Part shown: positions 25,275 to 33,676 of the stretch, one piece after another
Numbering within the stretch: position 1 is the stretch's first letter
Layout of the letters: the number at the start of each line of letters is the position of its first letter
Source of the DNA: an uncultured Nitrosopumilales archaeon
GTDB lineage: Archaea > Thermoproteota > Nitrososphaeria > Nitrososphaerales > UBA213
Assembly (NCBI GenBank): GCA_964373125.1
Contig: CAYJSN010000003.1
Coordinates: 10,480-74,479 of the forward strand
Direction: 5' to 3'
DNA: 64,000 nucleotides
The notes under the pieces: model-generated
Databases searched by the model: none
The model's input: the letters and a program-made list of their open reading frames with translations, nothing else
What the model was told of the DNA's origin: nothing
Position numbers and translations under genes: made by a program

Positions 25275-26105
25275 TCACGGCCGGCCGGCGATGGCAACCT
25301 CGACCGCTCCTAGGATCTTTCGCTGCCCGGCCATAGCGAACATCTCCTCCAGCGCCCGGGCTCCCTGTTCGCCCATGTCCAAGGTGAGGTCGTTGACGTA
25401 CATCTTCGCGAATCTTTCTATTGTCTGGCGGGGCGTTCCCCGCGCGTACCACATGGCGTGGTCGAGGGCAGCGTCCAGATTTTCGAGGCCGAAGCGTATC
25501 GAGCGCCTGAGCAGGTCATCGAACTTTGTTATCAGCTCTGTGCCGAGCTTCCTGCCGGCAACATTGATCCCAAGCGGCAGTGGAAGGCCGTTCGTGTTTC
25601 TGTCCCACCACGCCCCCAAGTCCAGCGTGTTCACCAGCTTGGCCTGGTCGTAGGTTATCTGCGCCTCGTGTATTACCAGCCCGACATCGACCTCTCCTCT
25701 CTCTACAGCTCCGTTTATCTCGCTGAACCGCATCTCGATCGAGTCGAACTCGCCGATCGCCATCCTGAGCAGGAGGTAGGCCGTGGTCATCTTACCGGGC
25801 ACGGCAATCCTGCACCTCTTAAGCTCGTCTATGTCCATCCTTTTCTTCGCGACCACGATCGGCCCGTAGGCCCTGCCGAAGCTCCCGCCGCTGCGCAGGA
25901 CGACATAATCATTGACGTAGGCAAGGGCATGTGCCGAGACGGCCGTGACATCGAGCTCGTGCTTCAGTGCGCGCTTGTTCAGGGACTCGATGTCCTCGAC
26001 GACGTGCTTTACCTGCAGGTCACCGGCTGTGACGTTGTTGGACTCGATGCCGTAAAACATCAGGGCGTCGTCGGCATCGGGCGTGTGACCTACAGTAATC
26101 TGCAC
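25275..26105 (-). CDS. MqnA/MqnD-family menaquinone biosynthesis protein (probably 1,4-dihydroxy-6-naphthoate synthase)
   Basis: 276 aa. N-terminal ITVGHTPDADDALMFYG and a periplasmic-binding-protein-like fold pattern of the VitK2 biosynthesis family. Sits in the Mqn gene neighbourhood. Confidence 0.65.
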   Translation of the reverse strand: MQITVGHTPDADDALMFYGIESNNVTAGDLQVKHVVEDIESLNKRALKHELDVTAVSAHALAYVNDYVVLRSGGSFGRAYGPIVVAKKRMDIDELKRCRIAVPGKMTTAYLLLRMAIGEFDSIEMRFSEINGAVERGEVDVGLVIHEAQITYDQAKLVNTLDLGAWWDRNTNGLPLPLGINVAGRKLGTELITKFDDLLRRSIRFGLENLDAALDHAMWYARGTPRQTIERFAKMYVNDLTLDMGEQGARALEEMFAMAGQRKILGAVEVAIAGRP

Positions 26106-26158
26106 CTGTCTCGCATCGATGGGCAGATATTAAAAGGTAGCATCGCCTAGCGTTACGC

Positions 26159-27085
26159 ATGAAGACCGTGGAGGCTTTTGAGCTGGAGATCGGTTATCAA
26201 TTGGAGGAGCTCCCGCGGCTGGCCGGCGAACTTGCACCAAACAAGCTGAGCTTGGAGGATCAGGAGAAAACTGTGATAACGGGCGCCGGCGATTCCTTCG
26301 CCGCCGCGATGATTGCGGAATCTGCATCAGGTAACATGGTGCGCTGCATCGATCCCCTGGATATCTGCTCAAACCCATCGACAGTGAAGAACAGGATCCT
26401 TTATGCGGTATCGATCTCGGGAAGCACCAAGACCAATGTCGAGGCGGCCGAGGCTGCTCGCAGCATAGCCTCAAGGAGAGTTGCGATAACATCGAGGAAG
26501 GATAGCTTGCTTGCAAAAGCCTGCGACGAGGTGATCGAACTCAGGTTCAGGAATGCCGGCATCCTCACGGCCGGGAGCATCGGTTTCACGGCCAGCATGC
26601 TTACCTGCCTCTCGCTCGTGCAGGACGTGAAGATCAAGAACCCGGGAAGATTGTTTGAGAGCGCAAGGAACGATGTGGGCCAGATAACATTGGGCAACGA
26701 AGCCTACATCGTGGGAAGCGGGATCACGTACCCGCTGGCGGTCTACGGCTGCGCAAAGCTCTTCGAGGTGCTGGGGATAAAGGCCCGGCCAGCAAGGCTG
26801 GAGCAATTCAGCCACATGGAGATCTTCTCCATCAGGAAGAATGACGTGATCCTGATCCTCTCTGGCGATCGCAGGGCCAAACAGTTGTCGTCAAAATTGA
26901 AGGCCGCCGGCTACGACGCACTTGTGCTTGGGCCGAAGGGCGGAACCCTGGAGGAAGAAGCATTCTACTATGCATTCCTGCTGCAGATGGTTGCGCTGCA
27001 GCACGCCAAGCGTATGAAACTCGAAGAATGCTACTTCGTGACAAACGACAAATTAAGGAAGATCAGCAGCTCGATGATCTACTGA
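26159..27085 (+). CDS. SIS (sugar isomerase) domain protein
   Basis: 308 aa. GAGDSFAAAMI and VSISGSTKTNVEAA motifs in two SIS-like halves. Confidence 0.65.
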   Translation: MKTVEAFELEIGYQLEELPRLAGELAPNKLSLEDQEKTVITGAGDSFAAAMIAESASGNMVRCIDPLDICSNPSTVKNRILYAVSISGSTKTNVEAAEAARSIASRRVAITSRKDSLLAKACDEVIELRFRNAGILTAGSIGFTASMLTCLSLVQDVKIKNPGRLFESARNDVGQITLGNEAYIVGSGITYPLAVYGCAKLFEVLGIKARPARLEQFSHMEIFSIRKNDVILILSGDRRAKQLSSKLKAAGYDALVLGPKGGTLEEEAFYYAFLLQMVALQHAKRMKLEECYFVTNDKLRKISSSMIY

Positions 27086-27927
27086 CCGATCTTTGCCTTC
27101 GCCTTCCGCTTGGCCCTGACGTATGCTATGAACCCGATTATCGCGCCGCCCACCACTATTGCGACTATCGGTGGCAGCAACGGATCTGCTGGGCTGATCT
27201 TCGAGGGTTCCACGCCGCCTCCGATCGGGGGCACGGTCATCCTCCACCGCAGCGTCAGGTCCTCGTCTGGTATCTGGTCGAACTCCCACGTTGCCGCGGT
27301 CAGGGTGGTCCTGCTGGGCGCGATCGAGTGGGCCATTATCATCCCGTTTTCGTGGGCCGTCGAGATCACGAGCCTTTCTAACGGCTTGGGCCACCGGGAG
27401 GCATCCTGCAGCAGCACGGTCAGGTCGCTCTCGATCCCGGCAATGCCGCTGCCCGTTGCATTAACCTCCAGAACGTTTGTGCCGGGCGGGAGGGTGAGGT
27501 TCAGCGTATAGAGCGAGAAGCCCGTGCCAGCGCCCCCGGGATTGGCATACTCAGAGCCGGTGTAGTTGATCCTGTCGGAGTTGAGAGCGAGCGACAAGGA
27601 GCCGCCTTCAAGCGAGACCATGAGGGGCAGCTTCACCGAAAGGCTGACAGGATCGGTGCCGTCGTTCTGCAAGACATACCTGGAGTTCATGGTCATCCTC
27701 ACAGCGTGGTGCGGCTCGTACCCCGCGATCGGTTTCTCCCAGCTCGAGGACATCTGCAGATCCATGTACGCTTCCTTCATGTAAATATCGGCTCGGGGAG
27801 TCCCGGGATAGGGCAGCCCGACCGTATCGCCTATCTGCAGGTACTGCACCCCATACACTCCGGGGAGGATGATCGCCAGAAGCAACAGTTGCGCCAACAT
27901 AATTTTCACTGCACCAAAACGGACCAC
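27079..27927 (-). CDS. Exported, C-terminally anchored hypothetical protein
   Basis: 282 aa. N-terminal signal (LLLLAIILPGVYG), a beta-rich body, and a C-terminal TM plus KRKAKAK tail. Confidence 0.5.
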   Translation of the reverse strand: MVRFGAVKIMLAQLLLLAIILPGVYGVQYLQIGDTVGLPYPGTPRADIYMKEAYMDLQMSSSWEKPIAGYEPHHAVRMTMNSRYVLQNDGTDPVSLSVKLPLMVSLEGGSLSLALNSDRINYTGSEYANPGGAGTGFSLYTLNLTLPPGTNVLEVNATGSGIAGIESDLTVLLQDASRWPKPLERLVISTAHENGMIMAHSIAPSRTTLTAATWEFDQIPDEDLTLRWRMTVPPIGGGVEPSKISPADPLLPPIVAIVVGGAIIGFIAYVRAKRKAKAKIGQ

Positions 27928-27947
27928 CGGAGATCTCTAGCAGAAGG

Positions 27948-27958
27948 ATTAAATAAAG
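27948..27958 (+). promoter_or_regulatory. TATA-like box upstream of aEF-2 exon 1
   Basis: ATTAAATAAAG centred about 34 nt upstream of ATG 27987. Confidence 0.3.
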
Positions 27959-27986
27959 ATGCCCGATAGAGTTTTGCCCGAGTCTA

Positions 27987-30207
27987 ATGCCGAGGTACAA
28001 GTCAACCACGGAAGTGCTGAAGATCATAGGCAATAAGGACCAGATTCGAATGGTGTGAAAGTAGTTCTTTACACCCGAATAATTTTGGCGTTATTGCCCA
28101 CGTAGATCACGGAAAAACAACCATGAGCGACAGCCTCCTCGCCGCTACGGGCATGATCAGTCCCTCGGTCGCAGGCGAGGCGCTCGCGCTTGACTACATG
28201 GATCTCGAGCAGCAGAGGCAGATGACGATCAAGGCCGCCAACGTGACCCTCTACTACGAGGAGGAGGGCAAGGCGTACGTCATCAACATGATCGATACGC
28301 CGGGGCACATCGACTTTACCGGCAGGGTCACCAGGAGCCTTAGGGCGATCGATGGCGCGTGCGTCGTCTGCGACTCGGTCGAGGGCGTGATGACCCAGAC
28401 CGAGACCGTCACGAGGCAGGCGCTTGAGGAGAGGGTCAGGCCTGTTCTCTACATCAACAAGATCGACCGCCTGGTGAAGGAGCTCCGCCTCACCCCCGAG
28501 AAGATGCAGGAGTGGCTGGCTAGGATAATCGCCGATTTCAACAGGCTCATCGATATCTACGGCGAGCCCGAGTTCAAGGACAAGTGGAAGGTGAACATCC
28601 AGAACGACAGCGTTGCCTTCGGCTCCGCGAAGGACAGATGGGGGTTCACGGCCAGCATCGCTGCAAAGAAGGGCGTCAATTTCAGCGACGTCTACGAAGC
28701 ATATACCACCGGGGATCCGAAGAACCTTGCAGAGAAGATCCCGCTGCACGAGGCTGTCTTGAGCATGGTGGTGAAGCATCATCCACCCCCACACGTGGCA
28801 CAGCGCTACAGGATCCCCAAGATATGGAAGGGCGATCTCAACTCGGATGTTGGAAAGGCCCTGCTGGAGTGCGACGACAAGGGCCCGGCCGTGATGATGG
28901 TCACTACTATAGTAGTTGACCCCCAGGCGGGCCCGGTTGCTGTCGGCAGGCTCTTCTCCGGCACGCTGAGCGACGGCGACCAAGTTTATCTTATCGATTC
29001 CAAGCGAACCGAGCGCGTCCAGTCGGTCAACATGTTCATGGGATCCACGAGGGAGATCGTCAACACGCTCAGCGCAGGAAACATACCGGCGCTGCTCGGG
29101 CTCAAATATGCGAGGTCCGGAGAGACCATCGGCACCATAAAAGAGGTTATACCATTCGAATCGATCAAGTACGTCTCCGAGCCGGTCGTCACGGTCGCAG
29201 TGGAGCCGAAGCATCCTAGGGACCTGCCCAAGCTTGTGGAGACACTGAGGAAGATCAGCATCGAGGACCCCAACCTAGTCGTGAAGATCAACGAGGAGAC
29301 TGGCGAGACTCTCATGTCGGGGATGGGCGTGCTGCACCTTGAGATCGCAACCACCCTGATCCAGCAGGCGGGGCTGGAGATCGTCACCTCGCAGCCGCTC
29401 ATCAACTACCGGGAGACAGTGCGCGCAAGCGCAGGCCCGGTGATGTCCAAGTCTCCGAACAGGCACAACAAGCTCTTCATGCGCATCGAGCCGCTCTCCG
29501 ATGATGTCATCGAGCTCTTGCGGACGGGCAAGATAAACGAGAACATGGACAAGAAGGAGATAGCCAAGGTCCTCAGGGAGAAGGGCTGGGATGCGGACGA
29601 GGCCAAGAACGTTGTTACGATGGAGAGCAACAGCATGCTGGTGGACGCGACGAAAGGTGTGCAGTACCTCCAGGAATCGATGGACTCGATCAAGTCAGGC
29701 TTTACCGACATCATGCTGAGCGGCCCGCTGGCACAGGAACGGTGCAGGGGCCTGAAGCTGATACTCCACCACTTCGTGCCGCACGAGGACCCGGCGCACA
29801 GGACGCTCGCTCAATTGATGCCGGCCAGCAGGAGGGTGATAATGGGGGCCATGCTGAGCGCCAACCCTGTGCTGCTCGAGCCAGTGCTGGGCATCGAGGT
29901 CAAGTGCCCCGCGGAGATGATCGGCAACGTTGCCGGCGTGATCTCCGGAAAGCGCGGCAAGCTCCTGAACATCGACCAGAAGGGAGTGATCGCGATCGTG
30001 CTGGGCGAGGTGCCGGCATCGGAGACGTTCGACCTCTCCGAAATAATGCGCGGCCAGACCGCCGGCAAGGCGATGTGGAACACGCACTTCAAGCTGTGGC
30101 AGGCCGTGCCGCAATCGATGCTGTTGCCGCTGATCGCCGAGATACGGAAGCGCAAGGGCCTGAATCCTGAACCCCCTAGACCTGACGAATTCATAGACAG
30201 CGAGTAA
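27987..30207 (+). CDS. fusA: Translation elongation factor 2 (aEF-2), interrupted; proposed join(27987..28050,28082..30207)
   Basis: Exon 1 encodes MPRYKSTTEVLKIIGNKDQIR, then hits TGA/TAG/TAA. The remainder (NFGVIAHVDHGKTT, DTPGH, NKID, HEDPAHR ... to 30207) is in the +1 frame with no start codon before the P-loop. The track ORF start at 28123 lies inside the P-loop. Confidence 0.85.
28051..28081 (+). other. 31-nt insert in aEF-2 with hBHBh'-like fold (candidate mRNA intron)
   Basis: Outer helices 28029-36/28091-98 and 28040-44/28084-88. Central 4-bp helix 28045-48/28076-79. Bulges AAT 28049-51 and TAAT 28080-83. Inner hairpin 28052-61/28067-75. Excision restores frame and consensus. Confidence 0.6.
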
Positions 30208-30241
30208 AAGGCTTAAGAAATACTGCATTATAACTCACTCA

Positions 30242-30673
30242 GTGAATGCAGTAGTTATCCAAGCAGGTCTCGCAGCAGCACTAATCGTCGCGAGCATCTT
30301 TGTCTTTATGCCGGTAGAGAAAGCAGGCACGGTACACAGAATCATACAAGGCACTCAGCTAAATAATGTTCCAGCCGCATTAATCAACTGCTCAGCCGGT
30401 TTGCTCGGTGACACTCTTATCGTAACATCAGACAGGGATTTCATAGTACATCTGAATGTAGTTAACGAGTCGGGTGGTACGCTCATTCTGACAATATCTG
30501 ATGGTGCTGGCGGTGCAGCTGATCTGGCAGTAACTGTTGATCCTCTCTTGAGCTTTTCAGCCACCCATGCATACGAGGGTGGCGTTACAGTAACATTCTC
30601 AGGTGATGCAAACACTCTAGACGGATGTACAACTGTAATTACAGAGGGCGGAGGAACTGCGAGCATAACTTGA
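30242..30673 (+). CDS. Membrane-anchored/secreted hypothetical protein (paralogue A)
   Basis: 143 aa. N-terminal hydrophobic helix followed by the shared motif VEKAGTVHRIIQGTQL. Confidence 0.5.
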   Translation: MNAVVIQAGLAAALIVASIFVFMPVEKAGTVHRIIQGTQLNNVPAALINCSAGLLGDTLIVTSDRDFIVHLNVVNESGGTLILTISDGAGGAADLAVTVDPLLSFSATHAYEGGVTVTFSGDANTLDGCTTVITEGGGTASIT

Positions 30674-30683
30674 GTGGCCTGAG

Positions 30684-31109
30684 ATGAACAAACTGATTAT
30701 TCCAGCGCTAATGGGCATGGCAGTATTGGCTGCGGGAATCCTAGCATTCACATCGGTAGAAGAGGCAGGCACCGTGCATACGAGTATACAAGGCACTCAG
30801 TTAAGCAAGGCCGGAGCAAGGGCGGCGGCACAGTTCTCTAATGACTTGAGCACGAACTCGATAACTATAACGTCAACACGTGACTTTGTGGTATATTGTT
30901 CGATTTCAGAAGATAATAAGGACGCTGGTACCTTTCGGGTAAGTGATGGTGTAGAAAGCGAAGACTACGATCTGGTTGGCACCATTTCTTTGAGCATAGT
31001 TTGGGCGGCGAATGCAGGCGAAACAATTACGGTGGGCAACGCCAACAAGGCTTACGATGGTCTCTGTACTGCAATAACACAAGCTGATGGTACAGTAACA
31101 TTCGGGTAG
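30684..31109 (+). CDS. Membrane-anchored/secreted hypothetical protein (paralogue B)
   Basis: 141 aa. Same architecture and motif (VEEAGTVHTSIQGTQL). Tandem to paralogue A, followed by a T5 tract at 31121-31125. Confidence 0.5.
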   Translation: MNKLIIPALMGMAVLAAGILAFTSVEEAGTVHTSIQGTQLSKAGARAAAQFSNDLSTNSITITSTRDFVVYCSISEDNKDAGTFRVSDGVESEDYDLVGTISLSIVWAANAGETITVGNANKAYDGLCTAITQADGTVTFG

Positions 31110-31197
31110 CCCCCGCACTATTTTTATAGACAAATAGAAGCGCGGTTGCGCAAATCTCGTATCATATGATCTAAGCGATCGTTCCTCTCACACCAAG

Positions 31198-31686
31198 GTG
31201 GTAAGACTTAATTTCCTCTACGGCGATAGTGACGCCATGACCGAAGAAGGGGACGGCAACGGCCAGGACTACGTGCAGGCCAGGATAAGCTACGTCGGGT
31301 TCGTAGACCCCTACGGCGTGGAGGGCGTTGTCATATTAAAGGCCGAGGACGGCAAGGAGTTCCACATGCGGGCCTTCTCGGGCGAGGTTGCCCGGCACAT
31401 CGCCAGGTTCAGGGATGGCGACAAGGCCAGCATACCCACCATCTACAATTTGGTGGAAGAAATAGCCGAGATGAAGGAGCTCCTGCTCACCGAGGTCCGC
31501 GTATATCAGAGCGGCTCCGTGCTGAGGGCGAACCTCCACTTTGGCGCCAGGGACGATCACATCGTGCTGAGGAACTACAGGGCCTCAGATTCTATCGCGC
31601 TAGCCACGTACTACGACATCCCGATCAAGGTGCGGAAGAACCTCTTCGAGGAGCAGCTGGAGAAAGATAATTCAGACCTCAGATAG
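31198..31686 (+). CDS. Bifunctional nuclease (DNase/RNase, DUF151)-family protein
   Basis: GVVILKAEDGKEFHMRAFSGEVARHI...IPTIYNL...RASDSIALATYYDIPIKV follows the BFN family pattern. Start is GTG 31198 or ATG 31237. Confidence 0.6.
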   Translation: MVRLNFLYGDSDAMTEEGDGNGQDYVQARISYVGFVDPYGVEGVVILKAEDGKEFHMRAFSGEVARHIARFRDGDKASIPTIYNLVEEIAEMKELLLTEVRVYQSGSVLRANLHFGARDDHIVLRNYRASDSIALATYYDIPIKVRKNLFEEQLEKDNSDLR

Positions 31687-31687
31687 A

Positions 31688-32782
31688 TCAGGTAACGATC
31701 TCGCCGATCCTATCTTCCAGCTGTGCGTTCTTTATCTCCATCGCTATGCGCCTGCCCACGCCGAAGACCCTGCCATAAGCATACTTTGTGTAGGGGCTGG
31801 TAGTGGCCATTATCGGATTGCCCGGCACCCTCAGCGATACGTCGTAAACTACGATATCCAGATCGACGGTCACTATGCTCTGCAGGGAGAAGGGCCCGAT
31901 TATCCCGGGCGGGTACTCACGCTTCGTGGCCCGCACGAACCTGTCCCCGATCTCGAAGACCTTCTCCAGCATCGACTCTCTTATGCTGGCCGGCATGTGG
32001 CCTATCTCTATGTTCTGCAGATTCACATCAACATCTAACTGCTGCCTGGCGGGCACGCTCACAAAGTCGTGCAGGTTGGTCTGGAGCCTCCTCTCAATGC
32101 CCAAGAATTCAACCTCATCCTTGAGCGGCGAGTAGAAGAAGTTGAAGTTGAAGTAGGTGCCCAGCACGAACTCCTCGATCACCGCCTTCCTGAGGTCGCG
32201 CTCGCTCACGATCCTCTTCTTTATCCGCTCCTGCACCTTCCGCTCGTAGTCCCTGTAGGAGGATGCTATGAAGAAGGCGCGCTCCAGCTTCCTTTTTGCC
32301 TCCTGCACCTTCACTATCGCGGGCCCGCTTATCCTTCTGGGATTCTTCAGAATCTTCGGGTGCTTTATCCTAGCCTTCTCCAGAAGATAGTACTGGTTCC
32401 GCTTCACCGTCCGCTCCTCGGCCCTCAGCAGCATCCTGCTGCCGAAGATCGGGACGTGCAGGTCATCCTCGATCCCGTCGTACCCCAGATAGGCTGTGAA
32501 GGCCCTGTGCGGCACCAGAATGGTATGCAAATTCCTGAGCTGCTTCTGGACGTCCCTGCGCAGCATCGTCTTGAAATTGTCGAGGACGATCATCTTGTCG
32601 GCCAGCCGGCTGAATCTTCTGTAGGGCGTGTCCCTGCCCCGCTGGCAGACAACAACTGTGCGCAATCCTTCGTCCTTGGCGCCGTCCATTATCTCCAGCG
32701 CCGAGTGACTGCCCAAGGTTCCCACCGCGACATCGCCGTAGCCCCTAGCGAGATCGGTCATCTCGCCGCGCGATATAGCCAT
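31688..32782 (-). CDS. purP: 5-formaminoimidazole-4-carboxamide ribonucleotide (FAICAR) synthetase, archaeal PurP
   Basis: 364 aa. VGTLGSHSALEIMDGAKDEGL N-terminus and an ATP-grasp body typical of PurP. Confidence 0.85.
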   Translation of the reverse strand: MAISRGEMTDLARGYGDVAVGTLGSHSALEIMDGAKDEGLRTVVVCQRGRDTPYRRFSRLADKMIVLDNFKTMLRRDVQKQLRNLHTILVPHRAFTAYLGYDGIEDDLHVPIFGSRMLLRAEERTVKRNQYYLLEKARIKHPKILKNPRRISGPAIVKVQEAKRKLERAFFIASSYRDYERKVQERIKKRIVSERDLRKAVIEEFVLGTYFNFNFFYSPLKDEVEFLGIERRLQTNLHDFVSVPARQQLDVDVNLQNIEIGHMPASIRESMLEKVFEIGDRFVRATKREYPPGIIGPFSLQSIVTVDLDIVVYDVSLRVPGNPIMATTSPYTKYAYGRVFGVGRRIAMEIKNAQLEDRIGEIVT

Positions 32783-32827
32783 GCCCAGCCTGAAGCGGGT
32801 GTGTCCTCGTAAAAAGGGTTTGCTTGA

Positions 32828-33676
32828 TCAGTACTCTGCCTTCCTGTCTATCATGCCCTTGTTCCTCGCTACGCGATCCGCGAGCCTGAAGAGCAGGAAC
32901 CCGATCACCGCCACTGCCAGCGTGCTGAGAGCCATGTAGCTCAGGTCGGCTGCGAAATCTCCCGAGCCCGAGAGCGCGGCCCTTACGAGGTTGAGGAAGT
33001 GGGTCGTGGGCAGCGAGTAACTCACCTCCTGCGCCACGGCCGGAAGCATGCTGGGCGGGAATACCACGCCCGAGAGGAGGAAGAGTATCCCGGTCGTATA
33101 TTCGCTCATCGAGTACTGCATCTTGAATGACACAAGCGTTATCGAGTAAAGGATCAGCCCTAGGAAGCTGAAGGCCGTGACACCGAGGACAATGCTGCCT
33201 ACCAGCAGCGGGTAGTTCACCTGCAGGGCGCTTATCCCAAGCTCGAGCCCAAAGAACGTGCCGAAGATCAGGACGCTGATCACCAGCGCCGCTATTACAG
33301 ATACAGTTGCGTTTATCGCGGTGGAGACGACCCTGCCGAAGATGTAGGGCTTCACCGACTCGGGCGCTATGTAGATGTGCTTCAGCACCTCGTACTTTGC
33401 TCTGTCTTCGTGCACAAGGTAGCCCAGCGAAACCATCACTGTGGCAGGGTAGATGAAGAAGACTGCGCCAGTGAAGGTGTAGAAGAAATATTCTTGGCTG
33501 GCCGTACCGGCGGCGTCGCTCCCGATCAGGAAGATCAGGCCTATCATCAGGACACCGGCTATCGGCTTTGCCATCATGTATGCGAGGAAGACAAAGGGAT
33601 CGGTCCAGTTCGACTCGACCTTCCAGCCTATCCAGGCCCCCTGCGCCAGCACCTTTGCCTTGTTCCTCACTGCCAT
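32828..33676 (-). CDS. ABC-2 type transporter permease
   Basis: 282 aa, about 6 TM. Overlaps the upstream permease gene by 10 nt. Confidence 0.75.
   Translation of the reverse strand: MAVRNKAKVLAQGAWIGWKVESNWTDPFVFLAYMMAKPIAGVLMIGLIFLIGSDAAGTASQEYFFYTFTGAVFFIYPATVMVSLGYLVHEDRAKYEVLKHIYIAPESVKPYIFGRVVSTAINATVSVIAALVISVLIFGTFFGLELGISALQVNYPLLVGSIVLGVTAFSFLGLILYSITLVSFKMQYSMSEYTTGILFLLSGVVFPPSMLPAVAQEVSYSLPTTHFLNLVRAALSGSGDFAADLSYMALSTLAVAVIGFLLFRLADRVARNKGMIDRKAEY

Noticed and set aside
28040-28090. Alternative explanations for the aEF-2 frame break: programmed +1 frameshifting, gene-60-like ribosomal bypassing, or a single-base assembly error
   Set aside because: - Bypassing: no matching take-off/landing codon pair lands in the correct frame (CGA 28047/28076 and ATT 28044/28082 both resume out of frame).
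- +1 frameshifting: the codons before the TGA (ATG GTG) are not slippery for a +1 shift.
- Single-base indel: this would leave a 10-11-aa insertion (WCESSSLHPN) in the middle of the beta1/P-loop consensus, whereas excision of exactly 31 nt restores it.

These alternatives are disfavoured rather than disproved. Sequence error can only be excluded by resequencing.
28069-29214. 381-aa minus-strand ORF overlapping the 5' third of aEF-2 (similar long antisense ORFs lie at 2811-3995, 9812-10891, 21103-21756, 44976-45554 and 54518-55600)
   Set aside because: All lie opposite genes with strong family signatures. They have Arg/Gly/Pro/His-heavy composition, lack motifs, and would leave no room for promoters. 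I treat them as non-coding shadows.
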